A stretch of 34,996 bases of DNA, taken from Arcobacter sp. GTDB taxonomy: Bacteria; Campylobacterota; Campylobacteria; Campylobacterales; Arcobacteraceae. Shown in pieces: positions 8,671 through 15,389 of the stretch. The stretch covers positions 15,287-50,282 of the forward strand of contig CBFIGT010000004.1 in assembly GCA_965662175.1 (NCBI GenBank), read 5' to 3'. Made by a program: the position numbers and the translations under genes. The notes below the pieces were generated by a model. It saw only the letters and a program-made list of their open reading frames with translations, was not told the origin of the DNA and did no database searches. Numbering within the stretch: the first letter of the stretch is position 1; each line of letters opens with the position of its first letter.

Positions 8671-8699
8671 GCATTCCAAAGCTGGAGCTTTGGAACGAG
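8671..8699. repeat. REP-like GC-rich hairpin (possibly also a terminator)
   Basis: gca-ttccaaagc-tgga-gctttggaa-cgag; perfect 9-bp stem 8674-8695. Confidence 0.6.
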
Positions 8700-8702
8700 T
8701 AA

Positions 8703-8917
8703 AGTGTACTAATACCATCTGATGAAGTCTGCCCAAGCTATATTTGAAACAGGAAATAAAGCTGCAGATTTAACTTGTAGTTTATTTCCTAATAGTAGTT
8801 CTGGTAGCAGTTTACCTAACTCTTAGAATATAATTAAGTATCCCCTAAATTTCAGAGTATTGTAAACTTGATACTTTGGCTATGGTGAAGATATTGCAGA
8901 AGTTGAGGGAGGTTTAT
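8703..8917 (+). pseudogene. Collapsed remnant of a DUF2779-type nuclease-like gene (N- and C-terminal pieces joined by R3)
   Basis: SVLIPSDE/SAQAIFETGNKAADLTCSLFPN (8703-8796, one frameshift) and EYCKLDTLAMVKILQKLREV (8855-8914); family recalled from memory, needs a search. Confidence 0.6.
8797..8852 (+). repeat. Palindromic repeat, copy R3
   Basis: agttctggtagcagtt-tacctaactct-tagaat-ataattaagta-tcccctaaattt. Confidence 0.85.
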
Positions 8918-9001
8918 AACTTTTTAATTGCAATTTGTAATGAAAAATAAGTAAATCATATATATTTTATATAATAACAAATCTTATAATATGGATTAGA
9001 T

Positions 9002-9439
9002 ATGATAAATAAATTTTTAGAAATTTTTGATAAATGGAACAATAAAAAGAAAATAATCACTCAAAAAGAAAAGACTATATTTGTAAAAGAAAGAGATATT
9101 GTATTTATAAATATGGGACAAAATATTGGGATTGAACAAGATGGTAAAGGCGATGAGTTTTTGAGACCAGTTGTTGTATATAAAAAATTTAACAATGAGA
9201 TGTTTTTAGGTATTCCTCTTACTTCAAGTTTAAAAGATAGTAGGTTTTATTTTAATTTTGAATTTAATTCTAAAACAGATGGTATTCGAGAAAGTAGTGT
9301 AATATTATCTCAGATAAGAGCATTTGATACAAAAAGAGTAAAGTTCAGATTGGGAATAATAAATAAAAATGATTTTAGTGATTTACATCATAAGTTGTTA
9401 AGTGTGATAAAACCAAAAGATATAGTAACACCCCAATAG
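9002..9439 (+). CDS. PemK/MazF-family endoribonuclease toxin with no adjacent protein antitoxin
   Basis: FDKWN, GQNIGIEQDGKG, RPVVV, GIPLTS, LSQIRAFDTKR motifs. Confidence 0.9.
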   Translation: MINKFLEIFDKWNNKKKIITQKEKTIFVKERDIVFINMGQNIGIEQDGKGDEFLRPVVVYKKFNNEMFLGIPLTSSLKDSRFYFNFEFNSKTDGIRESSVILSQIRAFDTKRVKFRLGIINKNDFSDLHHKLLSVIKPKDIVTPQ

Positions 9440-9468
9440 TTATTGGGGAGAGTCCCGAAGGAATTTGT
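9424..9468 (-). ncRNA. Putative small RNA convergent on and overlapping the pemK 3' end (copy 2)
   Basis: Minus strand AAU-UCC-UUCG-GGA-CUCU-CCCCAAUA-AC-UAUUGGGG-U-GUUAC: cUUCGg hairpin (9453-9462) plus hairpin 9431-9448; ends approximate. Confidence 0.65.
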
Positions 9469-9474
9469 GGTATT

Positions 9475-9503
9475 ATGTTACCACAAATATAATATTAAGT
9501 CAA
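9475..9503 (-). promoter_or_regulatory. sigma70 promoter TTGACT-N17-TAACAT with extended -10 TG
   Basis: Plus-strand agtcaa 9498-9503 and atgtta 9475-9480; same position relative to the RNA as in copy 1. Confidence 0.6.
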
Positions 9504-9537
9504 TTGCATTGGATAATAAAAACAAAAAAGGAAACAA

Positions 9538-9819
9538 ATGGCAAAAGCAACTGCAAGACATATTTTATTAAACAATGAAAAACTAGCTAGAAAACTAAAA
9601 AAAGAGATTATCAAAAATGAAATCACTTTTGAAAAAGCTGCTAAAAAATTTTCAAAATGTCCTTCTAAAAAAAGTGGTGGTAACTTAGGTACTTTTTCAA
9701 AGGGTGAGATGGTAAAAGAGTTTGATCTTATTGTATTTAAAGAGGATTTAAATAGAGTTCATGGACCTGTTAAAACAGAGTTTGGTTTTCATCTTATAGA
9801 GATTTTGGCTAGGTATTAA
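9538..9819 (+). CDS. ppiC: Parvulin-type peptidyl-prolyl cis-trans isomerase
   Basis: ARHIL, FSKCPS, GGNLGTF, GPVKTEFGFHLI; 93 aa. Confidence 0.92.
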   Translation: MAKATARHILLNNEKLARKLKKEIIKNEITFEKAAKKFSKCPSKKSGGNLGTFSKGEMVKEFDLIVFKEDLNRVHGPVKTEFGFHLIEILARY

Positions 9820-9837
9820 TCAAATAAAGAAGTTATC

Positions 9838-10302
9838 ATAAAAAAACTATTTGCATATATCATAACTATACCGCCATTTATTATTTGGCTTCTTTTTTGT
9901 TTTGTTTTATCTATTATTGGTGCTTTATTATTCAAAAGAAAAATAGATATTGATTTACAAAGAGTAAAGCAAAGAGAGACTATTTGTAGTGTACTTTATA
10001 AAAAAAATTTACTAACAACTAGTGAATATGAGTTTGAAACTGTTGATGTTGCTTCTTGGTATGATGAGCTTACTTTTAGAGGCTATTTATTTGTTTTAGC
10101 TCCTGTGATTTTTTTATTGAAGCATTTTTCTTTTGCTGATAATTTTGTATTATATGTAGTTAAAAAATGGATAAAAATACATTATTATCAAAAAAAGTAT
10201 AATACTAAACCAAATACTTTTTTTAGCTTTTTAATGCATTTTTGTGTTTTATTAGCTAATTTACTTGGCCAAGTTTTATATCGCTTAGATAAAACAAAAT
10301 GA
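9838..10302 (+). CDS. Hypothetical membrane protein, probable ATA start (extends the listed ORF 10105..10302)
   Basis: Frame open from 9820 to 10302; ATA at 9838 preceded by AAGAAG gives MKKLFAYIITIPPFIIWLLFCFVLSIIGALLF. Confidence 0.5.
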   Translation: MKKLFAYIITIPPFIIWLLFCFVLSIIGALLFKRKIDIDLQRVKQRETICSVLYKKNLLTTSEYEFETVDVASWYDELTFRGYLFVLAPVIFLLKHFSFADNFVLYVVKKWIKIHYYQKKYNTKPNTFFSFLMHFCVLLANLLGQVLYRLDKTK

Positions 10303-10423
10303 AAACTATTCTATAGTTTCAATATTTACAAGTTTGATATGAGAATGACTTTTTTTGATACTTTTTATTTACTATTAGAAAATAGATAGTACAATACAAA
10401 AAATTAAATATTAAGATAAAATA

Positions 10424-11371
10424 ATGGCACATAAAGAACACAAAAAAGGTTTACATCCAAGAAATCCTCACAACAAAAGATATGATTTTCCCAAGCTTAT
10501 AAAAAGTCTACCAAAACTTGGGGATTTTGTTTTTAAAAATAAGTATGATGAGGTATCAATTGATTTTGCAAATGCAGATGCGGTTTTAACTCTAAACAAA
10601 GCACTTCTATCACATTTTTACAATATAAAAAAATGGTCTATTCCTGATGGATATTTATGTCCTCCTATTCCTGGGCGAGCTGATTATATTCATTATATTG
10701 CTGATTTATTGGCTGAATTTAATGATGGAAAAATTCCTACAGGCTCACAAATAAAAGCTTTGGATATAGGAATTGGGGCAAATTGTATTTATCCTATTAT
10801 TGGAAATAGTGTTTATGATTGGTCCTTTGTTGGTAGTGATATTGAAAAAGATTCTATTGAATCATCTCAAAAGATTATTGAGGCTAACCCCTCTTTAAAA
10901 GGAAATATTGAGTGTAGATTGCAGTTAAATCATGATAGTATTTTTACAGGTATTATAAATGAGGATGATAGATTTGATTTCACTGTTTGTAATCCTCCTT
11001 TTCACAAATCCCAAGAAGAAGCCCAAGCTGGAAGTAAAAGAAAAGTTCAAAATCTTACTAAAAAAGTAGTAAACAAAGCTTCTCTAAACTTTGGTGGTAA
11101 AAGCAACGAATTATGGTGCAAAGGTGGAGAGGTAGCTTTTGTAAAAGCTATGATAAAGCAGAGTAAAAAATATGCTAAAAACTGCTTTTGGTTTAGTACA
11201 ATAGTCTCTAAAAAAGACAACCTTCCTTTTATTTATGATACTTTAGATTATGTCAAACCAGTTGAATACGACACAATAGAGATGCAACATGGTCAAAAGA
11301 TTAGTAGAATTGTAATATGGACTTTTCTTACAAAAGAGGAGCAAGAAAAGTGGGCTTCAGCGTGGCAATAA
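10424..11371 (+). CDS. rlmF: 23S rRNA m6A1618 methyltransferase
   Basis: LHPRN, LCPPIPGRADY, LDIGIGANCIYP, CNPPF, ELWCKGGE. Confidence 0.95.
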   Translation: MAHKEHKKGLHPRNPHNKRYDFPKLIKSLPKLGDFVFKNKYDEVSIDFANADAVLTLNKALLSHFYNIKKWSIPDGYLCPPIPGRADYIHYIADLLAEFNDGKIPTGSQIKALDIGIGANCIYPIIGNSVYDWSFVGSDIEKDSIESSQKIIEANPSLKGNIECRLQLNHDSIFTGIINEDDRFDFTVCNPPFHKSQEEAQAGSKRKVQNLTKKVVNKASLNFGGKSNELWCKGGEVAFVKAMIKQSKKYAKNCFWFSTIVSKKDNLPFIYDTLDYVKPVEYDTIEMQHGQKISRIVIWTFLTKEEQEKWASAWQ

Positions 11372-12208
11372 CTTTTTTACAAATTTCATAAGATAAAGTA
11401 CAATCAATCCTACTATTAAACCTAAGATTAGTTCATTTAAGATTGTAGGGATTGATGAGATAAAAAGGTGATGAATAGCTTCAATATTGTGTGAAAGTAT
11501 TCCACCACCTACTAATATCATGGCAAAAGTTCCAATATATCCTAAGACTTTTATAATTTTTGGCATAAGCGAGATTAGAAAATTTCCTGTTTTTATTCTC
11601 TTTTTTTCAATTAGCCAAAAGCCTACATTGTCCATTCTTACAATTATAGCAACGATTCCATAAACTCCAAAAGTGGCTATAATTGCTACAAAAGATGTGC
11701 TAAAGATTTGTATTGTTAGGGATTTATCTAAAACTGTACCAAGGGCAATCATTATAATCTCAATTGATAAGATAAAATCTGTAAAAATTGCTGCTTTTAT
11801 TTTTTGTTTTTCTATATCTAGGATATTTTGGGCTGTTGATTCTTTTAGTGTTTTTTCCTCTTTTTTATGACTTTTTTTATGAAAAAACTCTTCTATTTTT
11901 TCTGTACCTTCATAAAGTAGGTATAAGCCACCCAAAATAAGAATATATGGAATTATAAAAGCTGCAAATGCACTCAAAATAAATGCAATAGGTAGTATTA
12001 TTACTTTGTTTTTCAATGAACCTTTTGTTATGGCCCAGATTACTTTTAGTTCTCTTTGTTGCTCAAATCCTGTGGCTTTTTCAGCATTTACGGCTAAATC
12101 ATCACCTAATATCCCTGCTGTTTTTTGCGTGGCTATTTTTGTAGTAACTGCTACATCATCAGCTAAAACGGCAATATCATCTAAAAGTGCAAATATTCCT
12201 GAAGCCAT
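11357..12208 (-). CDS. DUF808 (YedI-like) inner membrane protein
   Basis: ALLDDIA, GDDLAVNA, GSLKNK, TDFILSIEI motifs. Confidence 0.9.
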   Translation of the reverse strand: MASGIFALLDDIAVLADDVAVTTKIATQKTAGILGDDLAVNAEKATGFEQQRELKVIWAITKGSLKNKVIILPIAFILSAFAAFIIPYILILGGLYLLYEGTEKIEEFFHKKSHKKEEKTLKESTAQNILDIEKQKIKAAIFTDFILSIEIIMIALGTVLDKSLTIQIFSTSFVAIIATFGVYGIVAIIVRMDNVGFWLIEKKRIKTGNFLISLMPKIIKVLGYIGTFAMILVGGGILSHNIEAIHHLFISSIPTILNELILGLIVGLIVLYLMKFVKKLLPR

Positions 12209-12359
12209 AATTTTCCTTTGATTAAGTATATGATTATATCAAAATATTTTTCCTCTAGCTACTATTTTGTTTTTGTTCAAAAAATACATAAGTTTTTCCA
12301 AAATTTATTAGTTTATAACAGATTTAAACCTATAATCTTTTAAATTTAAAGGTAGAACT

Positions 12360-13085
12360 ATGTCAAAGATATTTTATATTTTATTCCTATTTATTTCATT
12401 TTCACAAGCGCACTTTTTAACATTTTTATCAAATAGTGATAATATTGAAAATCAAAGCGATTCAAAACTAGAGTTTGATATCTCATTTATTCATCCTTTT
12501 GAACAAAATGGCATGAATATGGAAAAACCAACTCTTTATGTAAACAACAAATCAACAAATATCAAACTAACAGAAACTACAAAACTAAATCACAAGGCTT
12601 GGAAAGCTACTTATGATATAAATATGCCAGGTGTTTATAAGTTTTTTATAGAACCTCAAGCCTATTTTGAACCTAGTGAGAGAAAGTTTATTATTCATGT
12701 TCCTAAACTTATAGTTTCAAGTTTTGGATTAGAAGAGGGTTGGGATGAAGCTCTTGGTTTAAAATATGAGATTATACCTATGGTTAAGCCTTTTTCTTTA
12801 TATGCAGGAAACCTTTTCCAAGGAAAAGTTTTACACAATGGAAAAGCAGCTTCAAATATAGATGTTGAAGTTGAGCTTTATAATGAGTTTGGCGTAAAAG
12901 CTCCAACTCAAGCTCACATAACTCAAGTAATCAAAACAGATGATAATGGTATATTTTCATTTGTTATGAATCATAAAGGTTGGTGGGGATTTGCAGCACT
13001 TATAGAAGAGGGTAGTTTAAAACATAATGATGGTGAAAGTTATCCGGTTGAAAATGGCGCTTTGATTTGGATAAAGGCTTATTAA
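12360..13085 (+). CDS. Periplasmic DUF4198-type Ni/Co uptake component
   Basis: Signal peptide followed by His (AH); YEIIPMVKP, GWWGFAAL; first gene of the cbiMQO cluster. Confidence 0.75.
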   Translation: MSKIFYILFLFISFSQAHFLTFLSNSDNIENQSDSKLEFDISFIHPFEQNGMNMEKPTLYVNNKSTNIKLTETTKLNHKAWKATYDINMPGVYKFFIEPQAYFEPSERKFIIHVPKLIVSSFGLEEGWDEALGLKYEIIPMVKPFSLYAGNLFQGKVLHNGKAASNIDVEVELYNEFGVKAPTQAHITQVIKTDDNGIFSFVMNHKGWWGFAALIEEGSLKHNDGESYPVENGALIWIKAY

Positions 13086-13086
13086 A

Positions 13087-13680
13087 ATGCATATTTCAGA
13101 TGGTGTATTAGGTTTAGAGGCTACTGTGATTGTCTCAGCTTTTAGTGCTTTTGCTTTATATAAATCTATAAAATCTCTTGATGATGAAAAAATCACTTTA
13201 ATAGCAGCTCTTAGTGCAATGTTTTTTATCTCTACTTTTATACATATTCCTTTGGGACTTACTCAGATTCATCTTTTATTGGTTGGTGTTATTGGTATAT
13301 TTATTGGCTGGAGTGCTTTTTTAGCTATTTTAGTTGCACTTATTTTACAAGCTTTACTTTTAGCTTATGGTGGAATTGTTAGTTTAGGTGTAAATCTTTT
13401 TATTATGGCAATGCCCTCTGTTTTGGTTTTTTATTTTTACAAATCAAGTTTTTATAAAAAATTAAGTGAAAAAGTTGGCTTTTTTTTAGTTGGTTTTTTA
13501 GGTGCTTTTTTCTCAACACTATTTTTGACAATAATTTTATACTTTTCAAAAGAGGAGTATGAGTATGCTGCTTTGACAATATTGGGAGTAAATAGTTTTT
13601 CTATGATTATTGAGGGAATAGTAAGTATGTTTTTACTTCTTTTTATAAAAAAGAGTTATCCAAAGATTTTAAAGGTTTAG
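13087..13680 (+). CDS. cbiM: Co/Ni ECF transporter S component
   Basis: N-terminal MHISDG, QALLLAYGG; polytopic membrane protein. Confidence 0.9.
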   Translation: MHISDGVLGLEATVIVSAFSAFALYKSIKSLDDEKITLIAALSAMFFISTFIHIPLGLTQIHLLLVGVIGIFIGWSAFLAILVALILQALLLAYGGIVSLGVNLFIMAMPSVLVFYFYKSSFYKKLSEKVGFFLVGFLGAFFSTLFLTIILYFSKEEYEYAALTILGVNSFSMIIEGIVSMFLLLFIKKSYPKILKV

Positions 13681-13681
13681 T

Positions 13682-14095
13682 TTGAGAGTTTTATTTTTAT
13701 TGTTTTTTTCATTAAATATTTTATTTGCTCATAAAATAAATCTTTTTATAACAACAAATGAAAAGCAAATAAATATTTACTCATATTTTGCAAGTGGAAA
13801 ACCCTGCTCAGATTGTAAGTTGATAGTGAAAAATAGTTCAAATATAGTTTTAGAAGATAGATTAAATAAAGAGGGAAAATACTCTTTTGAAGCTAAAAAT
13901 AAAAATTTAGAGATAATAATTGATGCAAGTTCAGGACATATTGCCAAAAAAGAGCTTGATTTAAAAGATGTAGATTTTAAATCAATAGAAAAACAAATAA
14001 GTGAAGAAAAAACAGATGAAATATATAAAATCATACTATCTTTGGTTTTGATATTTCTAATCTTTTTTCTTTTTAAAAGATTTTTAAAAAGATGA
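13682..14095 (+). CDS. Accessory Co/Ni transporter component (CbiL/NikL-like)
   Basis: Signal peptide ending AH, SGH motif, C-terminal TM; lies between cbiM and cbiQ. Confidence 0.6.
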   Translation: MRVLFLLFFSLNILFAHKINLFITTNEKQINIYSYFASGKPCSDCKLIVKNSSNIVLEDRLNKEGKYSFEAKNKNLEIIIDASSGHIAKKELDLKDVDFKSIEKQISEEKTDEIYKIILSLVLIFLIFFLFKRFLKR

Positions 14096-14733
14096 ATACT
14101 CAAGCTTTAAAACTAATTTGCGCACTTTTATACTCTTGTTTAGTTGCTTTTTCCTCTTTGGAGTATTATTTTTTATTGCCTATTCTTGGCATCTTATTTA
14201 TAGAAAAAAGAGATTTTAAAAAGATTATAAAAAGAGTTTTTTTATTGAACTTTTTTATAATCTTTTTGGTGGTTTTTGTATATTTTCAAAATGAAAAAGA
14301 GGCGGTAGAGCTGTTTTTTAGAACAAATCTAATTATGCTTTTTAATATCTCTATTTTTTACAAATCAAAGGGTTATGATATAGTTAGAGCTTTGGATTCT
14401 TTGAGTTTTCCCAAAAAGTTTGTGACTCTATTTTATTTTGCTGTTGTGATGATTGAGTTTTTATTTGTTGAGTTTAAAAAAAATATGCAAACACTAAAAC
14501 TAAGAGGTTTTCACTCGAAAGTATCACTGTTTTCATACCAAACATTTGGCAATATTTTTGCAATGATGTTTATAAAAGCTATCAAAAAATCTGAAGATAT
14601 GCAAAATAGTTTTATCTTAAGAGGATTTCATGGAGAGATTTTTTTATTGAATGATACAAATATCAAAAAAGAGATTGTATTTGTTTTTGTGTTGGTTTTA
14701 TCTATTGTTGTTTTAAAGGTGGTTAATTTATGA
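14092..14733 (+). CDS. cbiQ: ECF transporter T component
   Basis: TM protein with LRGF motifs; coupled to the downstream ATPase. Confidence 0.8.
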   Translation: MNTQALKLICALLYSCLVAFSSLEYYFLLPILGILFIEKRDFKKIIKRVFLLNFFIIFLVVFVYFQNEKEAVELFFRTNLIMLFNISIFYKSKGYDIVRALDSLSFPKKFVTLFYFAVVMIEFLFVEFKKNMQTLKLRGFHSKVSLFSYQTFGNIFAMMFIKAIKKSEDMQNSFILRGFHGEIFLLNDTNIKKEIVFVFVLVLSIVVLKVVNL

Positions 14734-15389
14734 GTTGTTCTTTAAACTTAAGAGCTGTTTCTTATGAGTATGAGGATAAGAAACTTTTTGAAAATATTTT
14801 ATTAAATGTTGGACATGAAGAAAAAGTTGCTATTGTTGGAGCTAATGGAGTTGGAAAAAGTACACTGCTTAAAATTATTGCTGGAGTTGAAACTCCAAGT
14901 AGTGGATATATTGAGATATTTCATAATAAAATAGAGGGTTTAAAAGATTTTAAAAAGTATAGAAGTGATATAGGTTATTTACCTCAAGATGTTTCAAATC
15001 ATTTTTTATGCCCAACTGTTGTTGAGGATGTGATGTTTGCCCTAAGAGCAAAGGGTATTTCTAAAAATGAAGCTCATAATGAAGCCATAAAAATACTTGA
15101 AAGCTTAGATATAAAACACCTAGAAAATAGAATAATTCATGAGCTAAGTGGTGGTGAACAAAAAATAGTTGCTTTAGCAGGTATACTTATTACAAAACCA
15201 AAAATAATACTACTTGATGAGCCAACAAATGCTTTAGATGAAGAGTCAGAAGATAAGATTTGTAATATCTTAAATAAGATAAAAAAATCCATGGTTATAG
15301 TATCTCATCATAAAACTTTTATAGAAAAACTTGCACCTACAATTTATAAACTTGATGATAAAGGTTTAAATAAATTAAACAATAGGTAG
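14730..15389 (+). CDS. cbiO: ECF transporter ATPase
   Basis: GANGVGKS, LSGGE, LLDEPT. Confidence 0.85.
   Translation: MSCSLNLRAVSYEYEDKKLFENILLNVGHEEKVAIVGANGVGKSTLLKIIAGVETPSSGYIEIFHNKIEGLKDFKKYRSDIGYLPQDVSNHFLCPTVVEDVMFALRAKGISKNEAHNEAIKILESLDIKHLENRIIHELSGGEQKIVALAGILITKPKIILLDEPTNALDEESEDKICNILNKIKKSMVIVSHHKTFIEKLAPTIYKLDDKGLNKLNNR

Noticed and set aside
5177..8852. 60-bp repeats as a CRISPR array
   Set aside because: Copies are 1.2-2.4 kb apart and separated by genes; no cas genes in the window
5177..8852. 60-bp repeats as integron attC sites
   Set aside because: Each has an RYYYAAC-like heptamer (acctaac/gcctaac), but there is no matching GTTRRRY at attC distance, the paired arm is too close, and no intI is present
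9817..9840. Programmed stop-codon read-through from ppiC into the downstream frame
   Set aside because: TAA-T is a strong stop context and PpiC is full length; an independent ATA start is simpler
12209..12359. Cobalamin or NiCo riboswitch ahead of the cbiMQO cluster
   Set aside because: Short AT-rich spacer with no B12-box or GC-rich multi-stem structure
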